DNA of 64,000 bases from Planctomycetota bacterium (GTDB lineage: Bacteria > Planctomycetota > SZUA-567 > H5-PLA8), in the NCBI GenBank assembly GCA_045863855.1, contig BTVV01000007.1, positions 32,001 through 96,000 on the forward strand. Reading direction: 5' to 3'. A model generated the notes under the pieces. That model saw nothing but the letters and a program-made list of their open reading frames with translations, was not told the DNA's origin and did not search any database. How positions within the stretch are numbered: position 1 is the first letter of the stretch; every line of letters starts with the position of its first letter. The position numbers were made by a program, and so were the translations under genes. Below, in pieces: positions 35,342 to 45,090 of this stretch.

Positions 35342-36991
35342 ATGCCCCGTGTCCTGCGCATTCATCCGGCCGACGATCTGATCCTGGCCCTCGAGGATCT
35401 GCCCGCCGGCGCGCACGTCGAAATCGGCGCCGAAGCGTACGAACTGCGCGACCCCGTGCCTGCCAAGCACAAGTTTGCCGCTCGTGACTTCGATGCCGGC
35501 GCCGCCGTGACCATGTACGGGCTGCCCGTGGGCCGCACCACTTGCCCGATCAAGCGCGGCGCACGCCTCACCACCGAGAACCTGAAACATCACGCCGCCA
35601 CCGCCAGCGCGCGGCCCGAAGCGCGAGCCTGGAGTCCCCCGCCCTACGCGCGCCTCGCCGGACGCACCTTCCAGGGCTTCGCGCGCCCCGACGGGCGTGT
35701 CGGCACCGCGAACCACTGGATCGTCGTGCCGCTTGTGTTTTGCGAAGCGCGCAACGTCATGGTCCTCCGCGATGCGCTGCGCGACGAACTGGGCTACCGC
35801 GACGACGCCGCGTACCGGCAGCAAGCGCGCCGGCTCGCCGAACGCGTCCGCCAAGGCCTGCGGCCCGACGAGCTCCTGACGCTGGATCTCGGCGCCGGCG
35901 TCCAAGCCGCCGAAACGCCGAGGCTCTTTCCGCATGTCGACGGCATCCAGTTTCTCCTGCATTCGATGGGTTGCGGCGGCACGCGCGACGACGCGCGCAC
36001 GCTCTGCGGCTTGCTCGCCGGGTATCTCGCTCACCCCAACGTCGCCGGCGCGACCGTGCTCTCGCTGGGCTGCCAGAACGCGCAGATATCGCTGTTGAAG
36101 GAAGAACTCGAGAAGCGCGATCCCGCCTACGCCAAGCCGCTCTACATCCTGGAACAGCAGCAACTCGGCACCGAACGCGCGTTGATGGAAGCCGCGCTTA
36201 AAAGCACCTTCGCCGGACTCGCCGCGGCCGATCGAGCCCGGCGCAGCGAAGCCCCCGCCTCGAAACTGATCCTCGGCGTGGAATGCGGCGGCTCCGACGG
36301 CTTCAGCGGCATCAGCGCCAATCCCGTGATCGGGCACGCCAGCGACCTCCTCGTCGGCGCCGGCGGCGGCGTAATTCTCAGCGAGTTTCCGGAACTCTGC
36401 GGCGTCGAGGACGACCTCGTCCGGCGCTGCGTCGACGACCGCGTCGCCGCGCGCTTCCTCGAACTGATGCGCGCCTACGCCGCGCGCGCCGCGGCCGTCG
36501 GCAGCGGCTTCGACGCCAACCCCAGCCCCGGGAACATCCGCGACGGCCTGATCACCGACGCCATGAAATCCGCCGGCGCCGCGCGCAAAGGCGGCTCCAG
36601 TCCCGTCACCGACGTCCTCGATTATCCCGAACGCGTCACGCGCCCCGGCCTGAACCTGCTCTGCACGCCTGGCGGGGACATCGAAAGCGTCACCGCCATG
36701 GTCGGGGCCGGCGCCAACGTCGTCGTCTTCAGCACCGGCCTGGGCACGCCCACCGGGAACGCCGTCGCGCCCGTCCTGAAGCTCAGCACCCACACCGCGC
36801 TGGCCGAACGGATGCCCGACCTCATCGACTTCGACGCCGGCCCGGTCGTGACCGGAGCCGCCGGCATTCCTGCCTTGGGCGAAAAGCTCTTCGAACAGAT
36901 TCTCGAGACCGCCAGCGGAACCTACCGCGCCAATGCCGACCGCCTGGGCCAGGCCGATTTCCAGCCTTGGAAGCGCGGCGTATCGCTTTAG
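35342..36991 (+). CDS. uxaA: Altronate dehydratase (UxaA family)
   Basis: SAF domain, GCGGT, HPNVAG, LSLGCQ, ECGGSDGFSGISANP, NPSPGNIRDGLIT. Confidence 0.9.
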   Translation: MPRVLRIHPADDLILALEDLPAGAHVEIGAEAYELRDPVPAKHKFAARDFDAGAAVTMYGLPVGRTTCPIKRGARLTTENLKHHAATASARPEARAWSPPPYARLAGRTFQGFARPDGRVGTANHWIVVPLVFCEARNVMVLRDALRDELGYRDDAAYRQQARRLAERVRQGLRPDELLTLDLGAGVQAAETPRLFPHVDGIQFLLHSMGCGGTRDDARTLCGLLAGYLAHPNVAGATVLSLGCQNAQISLLKEELEKRDPAYAKPLYILEQQQLGTERALMEAALKSTFAGLAAADRARRSEAPASKLILGVECGGSDGFSGISANPVIGHASDLLVGAGGGVILSEFPELCGVEDDLVRRCVDDRVAARFLELMRAYAARAAAVGSGFDANPSPGNIRDGLITDAMKSAGAARKGGSSPVTDVLDYPERVTRPGLNLLCTPGGDIESVTAMVGAGANVVVFSTGLGTPTGNAVAPVLKLSTHTALAERMPDLIDFDAGPVVTGAAGIPALGEKLFEQILETASGTYRANADRLGQADFQPWKRGVSL

Positions 36992-36999
36992 GTTGATGC

Positions 37000-37173
37000 G
37001 CCGCAGAGACGCTGAGGCCGCAGAGACGCTGAGGCCGCAGAGAACGGCAAAACCGGTTGGAGGGCACGGCGCCAACCGCGATGCGTTTACCCAACCGCCT
37101 AGCCTCTCGACAAAGCGTAGCTGTCTGTTCCGCTCTTCATATCGTCCTTGCCGTTCTCTGCGGACTCTGCGGT
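37000..37173. repeat. REP/MITE-like inverted repeat element
   Basis: 17-bp GCCGCAGAGACGCTGAG twice; CCGCAGAGAACGGCAA (37035-37050) perfectly inverted at 37148-37163. Confidence 0.8.
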
Positions 37174-37181
37174 AAAACCGC

Positions 37182-38000
37182 CTACGCATTCCGGCGCCGG
37201 AATTCCCGCGGCGCCACGCCCGCGAACTTCTTGAACTGCGCGCTGAACGCGTACTCGTCGGGGTAACCCAGTTCGGCGGCGATCTCCTTCATGCGCCGGC
37301 CGCGGTCGCGCGTCAAAAGCGCCATGGCGCGTTCGATGCGCCGGCGGATGCGGTAGTCGCGCGGAGCCGTCCCGATCTGCTCGGCGAAGCGTTTTCGAAA
37401 CGCGCTGTAGCCCATGTTCACGCGCCGCGCGACCTCCGGAAGCGCCAGGGCGCCCGAGAGATCTTCGTTCAGGATCTGCACCGCGCGCGCGATCGGTCCG
37501 CCCGGCGTTGCCGAACGCTGCGCTCGGTCGTGCTCCAGCAGTTCCACCAGAAAGCGCTGCATGCTCAGCAGCAGCGGCATGAAGTCGCGCTCGTCGCAGC
37601 GCCGCAGTCGGTCGCGCAGATCCGCAAAGCCCGCGACCCAACGCTCGTCCACGCCCACGTCCAGCACCGGTCGCTCCGTGGAAGCCAGGCCCATCAGCGC
37701 GAGCAACTCGAAGACCTGGCACGGCACCGCCAAGTAGCAGCGCAGCCCCGCCCGGTCCAGCCGCACCGTATGCGCCCGGCTGGGAAAGCGCTGCATCAGC
37801 ATGCCCGGCAGAATGGGAAATACACGCCCGCGCGCATCGGTGTAAGAACCCCGCGCCTCCAGCAGATACACGACCGCGTACTGCGGCGTGACGAAATCCC
37901 GCTCCGTATGCCCGTCCCGGCTGCGCGCTACGCCGGCACGCAACTGCGCCGAGGTGGTCCCGACACCCATGCGGTACACGCTGCCCAGTCGAACGCCCAT
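37182..38000 (-). CDS. AraC family transcriptional regulator
   Basis: EIAAELGYPDEYAFSAQFKKFAGVAPREFR; start uncertain. Confidence 0.9.
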   Translation of the reverse strand: MGVRLGSVYRMGVGTTSAQLRAGVARSRDGHTERDFVTPQYAVVYLLEARGSYTDARGRVFPILPGMLMQRFPSRAHTVRLDRAGLRCYLAVPCQVFELLALMGLASTERPVLDVGVDERWVAGFADLRDRLRRCDERDFMPLLLSMQRFLVELLEHDRAQRSATPGGPIARAVQILNEDLSGALALPEVARRVNMGYSAFRKRFAEQIGTAPRDYRIRRRIERAMALLTRDRGRRMKEIAAELGYPDEYAFSAQFKKFAGVAPREFRRRNA

Positions 38001-38139
38001 GGAGCCCCCTCCCTGCCGTATCAATAAATACAAGAAATCGGGCAATGCGTCCATTCTTCTCCAACCGGCTGATAGGATATGGTTACTCGTGCAGCACGAG
38101 ACGGGGCAATAAACACAACCGCAGCGCCGGGAGACGCCC

Positions 38140-39531
38140 ATGCGACCGAACCTGATCTTCATCCTTATGGACGACTTGGGCTGGAAAGACTTGGGCTGCT
38201 ACGGCAGCGAGTTTTACGAGACGCCCAACCTCGATCGCCTGGCCAAGAAAAGCGTCCGCTTCACCGATGCTTACGCCGCCTGTCCCGTTTCGTCGCCCTC
38301 GCGCGCCAGCATCATGACCGGCAAGTATCCCGCGCGCGTTGGCGTCACCGATTGGATTAACTGGAGCGGCGGAACCCATCCGTGCAAAGGACGCCTGATC
38401 GACGCACCCTACCTCAATCACCTGCCGCTCACCGAAACCAGCCTGGCTCGGGCGTTGAAAGAAGGCGGCTACAGGACATGGCACGTCGGGAAATGGCATC
38501 TGGGCGGCCCCGACCACTACCCCGATCGCCACGGCTTCGACGTCAACATCGGCGGCAGCCCGCGCGGTTGCCCCAAGACCTACTTCAGCCCCTGGAACAT
38601 CGAGAACCTGACCAACGGTCCCGAAGGCGAATACCTCGACGACCGCATCACCACCGAAGCGATCAACCTCATCGAGAAGAACGACGGCACGCCCTTCTTC
38701 CTGAACCTTTGGTACTACCTCGTTCACACGCCGATCATGGGCAAGCCCGAACTGGTCGAGAAGTACAAGCGCAAGGCGATCGACCTGGGCCTCGACAAGC
38801 TCCCCACTTTCGCGGACGGCGGCCCGCATCCGACCGAGCACAAGAAGCACATCAACATCAAGCGCCGACTCCTGCAATCCGATCCCGGCTACGCCGCCAT
38901 GGTCGAGACGATGGACACCAACATCGGCCGGCTGCTCGATACGCTCGAACGCACCAAGCAACTCGAAAAAACTGTCATCGTCTTCACCAGCGACAACGGC
39001 GGCCTCTCGACTTCCGAAAGCTCGCCCACCTGCAACGCGCCGCTCTGCGAAGGCAAGGGCTGGATGTACGAAGGCGGCACGCGCGAGCCGCTCCTGATTC
39101 ACGCGCCGGGTATCGCTCGCGCCGGAAGCGTCTGCGACGTCCCGGTCAGCAGCCCCGACTTCTACCCCACGCTGCTCGAACTTGCAGGCTTGGACCCGCT
39201 TCCCGAACAGCACGTCGACGGCGAAAGCCTCGTCTCGCTGCTCAAGGGCTCCGGAGGACTGCAACGCGAAGCGCTGTACTGGCACTATCCGCACTACGGC
39301 AACCAGGGCGGACGCCCCGGCGCTTCGATCCGGGCCGGCGACTGGAAGCTGATCGAGTTCTTCGAAGACGATCGCGTCGAACTGTACAATCTTCGCGAGG
39401 ATATCTCCGAATCCCGCGATCTGGCCGCCGCGCAGCCCGAACGCGCCCACGCACTGCGCCGCAAACTTCACGCTTGGCAGGAATCGGTCAGCGCGCTGCG
39501 TCCGGCTCAAAACAAAGACTGGAAGGGTTAG
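38140..39531 (+). CDS. Sulfatase (S1, Ser-type)
   Basis: PNLIFILMDDLG, SSPSRASIMTG, GKWHLG, FTSDNGG, YEGGTR. Confidence 0.93.
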   Translation: MRPNLIFILMDDLGWKDLGCYGSEFYETPNLDRLAKKSVRFTDAYAACPVSSPSRASIMTGKYPARVGVTDWINWSGGTHPCKGRLIDAPYLNHLPLTETSLARALKEGGYRTWHVGKWHLGGPDHYPDRHGFDVNIGGSPRGCPKTYFSPWNIENLTNGPEGEYLDDRITTEAINLIEKNDGTPFFLNLWYYLVHTPIMGKPELVEKYKRKAIDLGLDKLPTFADGGPHPTEHKKHINIKRRLLQSDPGYAAMVETMDTNIGRLLDTLERTKQLEKTVIVFTSDNGGLSTSESSPTCNAPLCEGKGWMYEGGTREPLLIHAPGIARAGSVCDVPVSSPDFYPTLLELAGLDPLPEQHVDGESLVSLLKGSGGLQREALYWHYPHYGNQGGRPGASIRAGDWKLIEFFEDDRVELYNLREDISESRDLAAAQPERAHALRRKLHAWQESVSALRPAQNKDWKG

Positions 39532-39670
39532 GCGATCAAGGCCGTCGTGCGTTCCTTGCGATTCACGACGGAACTCCGCGCATGCGCGCAACACGGCCTT
39601 CTTTTTAACTTGCCCCTCGCAAGCTTCCGCACAAGCTGAATCTTCGTTTCGCGGAGCTTCGCCCCTCGCC

Positions 39671-41113
39671 GTGTCTGCCACCTTCGATCAGGACGCCTCG
39701 GCCTCCGGCGTCTCGCGGCCCCCGCGCGACCTGCGCTGGGCGTTCCGCCAGGCGCTCTTCTGGGCCGTGATGTTCGGCGCCGGCGAATCCAGCTTCAGCC
39801 TGCTCGCGGCTTTCCTCCACGCGCCGGAAGTCTACTTCGGGCTCCTCGCCGGCATCCCGCAATTGCTCGGGCCGCTGGCCCAGGTCGGCGCGGCGAACCT
39901 GACCGACTACTTGGGCAAGCGCAAGCTTCTGGTTCAGATCGCCGTCGCCGTCCAGATTCTTTCCTTCGCTCCGCTGGTGGTGCTCGTCTTTGCCGAGCCC
40001 AGTCCGGCCGCGCATGCGTTCTTCCTCTTTTGCGTCACGCTCTACTTCATCGCCGGACACTTCTCGCATCCGCCGTGGACAGGCATTATCGGAGACTTGG
40101 CGCCCAGCGAACACCGCGCGCGCTTCTTCGCCCGGCTCTCGCGCTGGGTTGGCGGCGTCAGTCTGGTCGCTCAACTGGGCATGGGCGTGGCGCTCTATTT
40201 GGGGCGTGAACACGGTGGCCTGAAGTGGATCTTCGCCGCGGGCATGGCCCTTTCGGGCATCGTCCGCATCGGCTCGTTCGTTTGCATTCAGCGCATTCAG
40301 GAACCGCCGCACAGCGCGAGCCGCGATACCGTCTTCAGCTTCTGGCAATTCATCCGCCGCGCGCCGGAGTCGAACTTCGTCAAGTTCGTGATCTTCGTCG
40401 CACTCGTCCATTTCGGCGCACAGATATCCGGTCCCTTCTTCCTGCCCTATTGGATATACACGCTGGGATTTCCCGAATGGCAATGGGTGCTGCTCAACGG
40501 AATCACCGCCGTCTCCGCCGTCCTCACACTGCTGGCCTGGGGCCGCTTCAGCCACCGCTTCGGGAACAAGAACACGATCCACTACTGCAGCTACGGGATC
40601 GCGTTGATCCCGCTGGGTTGGCTCTTCACGTCCAATATCTGGTTCCTCGCCCTGATCAATGCGTGGTCCGGCGTGCTCTGGGCCGGCTTCGGACTCAGCA
40701 CCTGGAATTACATGCTCGAAGCGGTCTCGGCGCCCAAGCGTCCGCGCTGCGCGGCGTACTTCAATATCGTCGTCGGCGTCGGCATCTTTGCCGGCTCGAT
40801 GGCCGGTTCGTGGCTCGGCAAGGTACTTCCGCTCACGCTCGACTTCGGCGGCGGTTCGGTAACCGTCAAGACGACGTTCATGTACTTGCTGGGCTTGAGT
40901 TTCCTGATGCGGCTGGCGGCCTGCCTGATGCTTCCCACCTTTAAGGAACTGCGCTCCAACGTCGAAGGCTTCTCGCTGCGGCGGAACTTCTACACGATTG
41001 CTTCGGGTCGCGTCCCCTTCGGGCTGCGTTTTGTCGTAGGCGCGACGGATGAACACGAACCGCCGCAGAAGCGCACGGCGGGAGCCGAATCCGAAAAGCC
41101 CCCCCATGAGTAA
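39671..41113 (+). CDS. MFS transporter
   Basis: About 12 TM helices; LTDYLGKRK and WGRFSHRFGNK motif-A-like loops. Confidence 0.85.
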   Translation: MSATFDQDASASGVSRPPRDLRWAFRQALFWAVMFGAGESSFSLLAAFLHAPEVYFGLLAGIPQLLGPLAQVGAANLTDYLGKRKLLVQIAVAVQILSFAPLVVLVFAEPSPAAHAFFLFCVTLYFIAGHFSHPPWTGIIGDLAPSEHRARFFARLSRWVGGVSLVAQLGMGVALYLGREHGGLKWIFAAGMALSGIVRIGSFVCIQRIQEPPHSASRDTVFSFWQFIRRAPESNFVKFVIFVALVHFGAQISGPFFLPYWIYTLGFPEWQWVLLNGITAVSAVLTLLAWGRFSHRFGNKNTIHYCSYGIALIPLGWLFTSNIWFLALINAWSGVLWAGFGLSTWNYMLEAVSAPKRPRCAAYFNIVVGVGIFAGSMAGSWLGKVLPLTLDFGGGSVTVKTTFMYLLGLSFLMRLAACLMLPTFKELRSNVEGFSLRRNFYTIASGRVPFGLRFVVGATDEHEPPQKRTAGAESEKPPHE

Positions 41114-41187
41114 TCCAAGCGCGTCCTTGCCGCGCCTGCGGGAACGCGTAAGATCAGACGCACGAAGCAGAAACAAGGAGCCGCACG

Positions 41188-42426
41188 ATGAGCGATCCGC
41201 AGGCGTCCGGGCCGTCGCCGGAACAGATCCAACGCGCCAGCCTGCCGACGATTCCCGGCACCGCGGCTTCGCCGGTCCCGCCGGCGGCGCCGCCGGCCGC
41301 GGTTCCGGCGCAAGCGGCCAGCGAGTTCACCAACGAGATCGATAAGCTCTTCGCGGCGATGCAGAAGAGCAACGCGAGCGACCTGCATCTGAAAGCCGGT
41401 TCGCCGCCTCTGTTTAGAGTGCAGGGCCGGATCGTGCGCGCCAAGGCTCAACCGCTGACGCTCGACCACATCAAGCAGCTCATCGCGCCGATCATGAAGC
41501 CGCGCTACGACGAGGAACTGAATACGCGCGGCGCGGCGGACTTCGCGCACGGCGTGCGCGGCGTCGGGCGCTTCCGCGTCAACATCTTCAAGCAGCGCGG
41601 CGCGATCAGCGTCGCCGCGCGCCGCGTCGAGACGCAGATCCCGACGCTCGAACAGCTTAACTTACCCGATTCCGTCCGCATCATTCCCAACATGGAGCAA
41701 GGCCTGGTCCTCGTCGCGGGCATCACCGGTTCCGGTAAGTCCACGACGCTCGCGGCTTTAATCAATGTCATCAACCAGACGCGCGCCTGCCACATCGTGA
41801 CGATCGAAGATCCGATCGAGTTCCTGTACCGCGACGAAAAAGCCTTCGTGAATCAGCGCGAACTCGGGATCGACGTCAATAACTTCGCCGACGGGCTGCG
41901 CTACGTGCTTCGGCAGGACCCGGACGTGATTCTGATCGGCGAAATGCGCGACGCGGAAACATTCGAAACCGCTTTGATCGCCAGCGAGACCGGGCATTTG
42001 GTCTTCGGGACCGTGCACGCCGGATCGGCGCCGCAGGTCGTTGGGCGCGTACTCGATTACTTCCCGCCGGACCGGCACTTCCAGATTCGCCAGTTGCTCT
42101 ACTTCAACTTGAAGGCCGTGCTCGTGCAGAAGCTTCTCAAAGGCGCGCGGAACGACGTGCCGCGCGTGCCGACGGTGGAGTTCATGATCTGTAACGCCGT
42201 GGTGCGCAAGCTGATCCAGGAAGAACAGGACAGCAAGCTGGCGGATGTGATCCGCACTTCGGCCAACGACGGGATGCAGGACTTCAATCAGTCGCTCATG
42301 AATCTGGTCAAGCGCGGGCTAATCACCGAACAGATCGCGCTGGAGGCGAGCCCGAATCCGGAGCAGCTCCAGATGAACATGAAGGGGATCGTCCTCGGCA
42401 CCGACCGCGGATCGATCATCTCCTGA
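41188..42426 (+). CDS. pilT: PilT/PilU family type IV pilus ATPase
   Basis: ASDLHL, GRFRVN, GITGSGKST, TIEDPIE, LRQDPDVILIGEMRD, ETGHLVFGTVH. Confidence 0.9.
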   Translation: MSDPQASGPSPEQIQRASLPTIPGTAASPVPPAAPPAAVPAQAASEFTNEIDKLFAAMQKSNASDLHLKAGSPPLFRVQGRIVRAKAQPLTLDHIKQLIAPIMKPRYDEELNTRGAADFAHGVRGVGRFRVNIFKQRGAISVAARRVETQIPTLEQLNLPDSVRIIPNMEQGLVLVAGITGSGKSTTLAALINVINQTRACHIVTIEDPIEFLYRDEKAFVNQRELGIDVNNFADGLRYVLRQDPDVILIGEMRDAETFETALIASETGHLVFGTVHAGSAPQVVGRVLDYFPPDRHFQIRQLLYFNLKAVLVQKLLKGARNDVPRVPTVEFMICNAVVRKLIQEEQDSKLADVIRTSANDGMQDFNQSLMNLVKRGLITEQIALEASPNPEQLQMNMKGIVLGTDRGSIIS

Positions 42427-42881
42427 TGCGGGCGGTCGTCCAACGTGTGACGCGCGCGGCGGTTACGGTAGCCGCCGAGAACTACCGCGCCGAGATCGGC
42501 GCGGGGCTGATGATCTTGCTGGGCGTCGAAGCCGGGGACACCGAGGCCGAGATCGCTTGGGGCGCTCAGAAGTGCGCGCAGCTACGGATCTTCCGCGATG
42601 CCGAAGAGAAGATGAACCGCTCGGTGCAGGATCTCGGCGGGGAAGCGCTGGTGGTCAGCCAGTTCACGCTGGCCGGCGATTGCCGCAAAGGCAATCGCCC
42701 CAGCTTCATCCAAGCCGCGCCGCCCGATCTCGCAAAGCCCCTCTACGAACGCTTTTGCGAATTGCTCCAGAACGAGCACCGCGTTCCGGTGAAGCGCGGC
42801 ATCTTCCAGGCGATGATGGAAGTCGAGTTGGTCAACGACGGGCCGGTGACGTTGATTCTGGAAAAGCGCAAGGCCGATTAA
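42426..42881 (+). CDS. dtd: D-aminoacyl-tRNA deacylase
   Basis: MRAVVQRV, VSQFTL, KGNRPSF, NDGPVT. Confidence 0.96.
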   Translation: MRAVVQRVTRAAVTVAAENYRAEIGAGLMILLGVEAGDTEAEIAWGAQKCAQLRIFRDAEEKMNRSVQDLGGEALVVSQFTLAGDCRKGNRPSFIQAAPPDLAKPLYERFCELLQNEHRVPVKRGIFQAMMEVELVNDGPVTLILEKRKAD

Positions 42882-43041
42882 CCGCCGAGACGCAGAGTAC
42901 GCGGAGAACGGCCACCTCAAAGAGACCGCTCAAAATGGGTAAGCCGAAGGCCGGGCACGGTTTCTCCAAACCTTACGCCAGCTAAGTCCTTTCCCTTCCT
43001 TGCCGTAGCCTTTCTCGGCGTGCTCCGCGTCTCGGCGGTTA
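42879..43041. repeat. MITE/REP-like element with terminal inverted repeats
   Basis: TAACCGCCGAGACGC ... GCGTCTCGGCGGTTA perfect 15-bp IR with imperfect inward extension. Confidence 0.8.
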
Positions 43042-44085
43042 GTCGAGCACGACACGCTTCCCGCTGCTGCGCAGACCGGCTTCGTAGACTTTCATCACAT
43101 CCAGGGCCAGTTCGAGCGTGCCGCGTTGCGCGGGGCGATTCTCCAACACACAGTCGCAGAAGTATTTAAGCTCATTCCACAGGCCTTGAACCATGAGCGC
43201 TTTGTTCTCGAGCGTCGCGAGCGTGTTGGCGGCTTCCCAGACGAGCGCGCCGTGCTCCAGTCCGGGCGGCGCGAAACTCGTGGTGCCGCTGTAGTTAAAG
43301 GGAATGCCGCGCTGGTAGATCACGCGCTTGGCATTGTCTATTTCAATCGTTTTTCCGTCGCCAAATAGTATGTAGCGTTCGCACGGTTGCGCCCGTGAGG
43401 AGCCGGCGGCCATGTGGAAGTTCCCGATGGCGCCGGACTTGTATTCGAGCACGCAGGCGCCGCCGCCGTGCTTGCCGCGGTGCACGGTCACGGCTTCGAC
43501 GGGTCCGCCGAGGTCGCAGAGGATCGAGAGCGGGTGGACGCCGTTGCCGAGCCAGTCGGTGAACTTCGCGTCGCGCAAGACCTCATCGCCGTCCTGCGGC
43601 ACATCCATCGGAAAGATCCCAAGGATGGTTCTAAGTGCCCCAAATTCAGGGAGTTGCATCAACTCGCGAGCCTTCTCGGCGGCGGGCATGAAGGCCTTCT
43701 TGAAACCCACCACGGCGATCCGGTCGCCGCGCGCGTCCAGCATCGCTTGGACTTGGCTCGCGCCGGTGGACGTCGGTTTCTCCATCCATACGTGGATTCC
43801 GGCTTTAAAGGCCTCGATGGCCAGCGGCGGATGCTGCTTGGGGCCGACGACCAGGAAGACCGCGTCGAGTTCTTCCTTTGCGTACATTTCGGCGCTGGAG
43901 CCGTAGACGTTGGGGACGCCGTATTCGCGCGCGGTTTGGCGCGCCAATTCCACGTTCACGTCGCAGAACGCGCGCAATTCGACGGGCAGGAAGGTCATGG
44001 CCGGCAGGATGTTACGATAGCAATGCCCACCCACGCCGATGATCGCCGCGCGGACGCGCCGCTCGTACGAACGCTGGTAGCTCAT
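43039..44085 (-). CDS. Gfo/Idh/MocA family oxidoreductase
   Basis: AIIGVGGH, AGIHVWMEKP, VGFKK. Confidence 0.88.
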   Translation of the reverse strand: MSYQRSYERRVRAAIIGVGGHCYRNILPAMTFLPVELRAFCDVNVELARQTAREYGVPNVYGSSAEMYAKEELDAVFLVVGPKQHPPLAIEAFKAGIHVWMEKPTSTGASQVQAMLDARGDRIAVVGFKKAFMPAAEKARELMQLPEFGALRTILGIFPMDVPQDGDEVLRDAKFTDWLGNGVHPLSILCDLGGPVEAVTVHRGKHGGGACVLEYKSGAIGNFHMAAGSSRAQPCERYILFGDGKTIEIDNAKRVIYQRGIPFNYSGTTSFAPPGLEHGALVWEAANTLATLENKALMVQGLWNELKYFCDCVLENRPAQRGTLELALDVMKVYEAGLRSSGKRVVLD

Positions 44086-44942
44086 CAGACGATACCTTTC
44101 ACGTGCTCACGCAGAAACGCCAAATCGCGCTGCGCCAGGTTCTCGAGCGGGAAGCGCGGATCCTTGACACCGTGCGGCGGGTTGAGGCAGATCACCGGGC
44201 TAAGTCCCTCATCCACGACGCGTTGCGTGATCTCCACGACCGGCCACGCGGCGTCGGCCAAGGTCGTCGCGATCATCCGGCCGCCCTCGATGCGTCCGCC
44301 TTTGACGTGGTAGTAGCGCAGCCACGGCTTCACGCGCTCGAGCACGGCGAGGCTGGGCGCCACGCCGCTCTCCCATAAGTTCTGAACGTCCCATGTGTAG
44401 CAGACGCGCGCTCCGAGCCCAAGCGTCTCGAACGTATGCGCGATCGTATCCGCGGCGTCGAAGAAGCCGCCGGGTTCGTTCTCGATCGTCGTCGTAAACC
44501 CAGCATCGGAGATACGTTGGATCGCTTCGCGGTACAGTTCCAGCAGCCACGGATGGCGCGCACGAACGTAGCCGAGGCCGTCGAGTTCCGCGGGCTTGCT
44601 CGGCACTTTGGCGTCGATCAGCCGGATGAACGCAGGCTTGAGGATACGCGCGGCGGCGAGGGTGCGGTCGAGCGGTTCTAAGTGCTTGGCACGGAAGGAT
44701 TCAGGACCTTGATCGACGCTGTCGGCAAAGAGCGTCGTGGAGAAACACTGCACACGCATTCCGTAAGCCGCGACGAGCGCTTGCGCGCGCTGGGCTTCTT
44801 CGGCGCTGAGCTGCGTGATCGACTTGCCGAAGATGCGCTCTTTGAGGTCGAGGTGCTTGAGGTTGCAGGCGGCGTGCTGTTTCAGTTGGATCTCTAAGTC
44901 GGGGCCGGCGATGTTGTTAAGGATCGTGAGATGGACGGGCAT
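44085..44942 (-). CDS. Xylose-isomerase-like TIM-barrel protein
   Basis: IENE, WDVQN, YYHVKG. Confidence 0.75.
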   Translation of the reverse strand: MPVHLTILNNIAGPDLEIQLKQHAACNLKHLDLKERIFGKSITQLSAEEAQRAQALVAAYGMRVQCFSTTLFADSVDQGPESFRAKHLEPLDRTLAAARILKPAFIRLIDAKVPSKPAELDGLGYVRARHPWLLELYREAIQRISDAGFTTTIENEPGGFFDAADTIAHTFETLGLGARVCYTWDVQNLWESGVAPSLAVLERVKPWLRYYHVKGGRIEGGRMIATTLADAAWPVVEITQRVVDEGLSPVICLNPPHGVKDPRFPLENLAQRDLAFLREHVKGIV

Positions 44943-44969
44943 GGCGGGCCTCGTGGAGTGCGGTAAAGG

Positions 44970-45090
44970 TCAAACGGCAAGAACCAAACAAATGGCAAGA
45001 GGCAAACGGCAAACTACGGCTACGTCTGGACTTCGACACCTGCGGGCAGGACGCCCGCGATACGAACGGCAACGACAAACGGCAACTACG
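44970..45090. repeat. Intergenic AACGGCAA short repeats with a REP-like hairpin
   Basis: Several (A)AACGGCAA copies flanking GCGGGC-AGGAC-GCCCGC. Confidence 0.55.

Noticed and set aside
37000..37050. Possible CRISPR array
   Set aside because: Adjacent 17-bp tandem units with no spacers and no cas genes in the window
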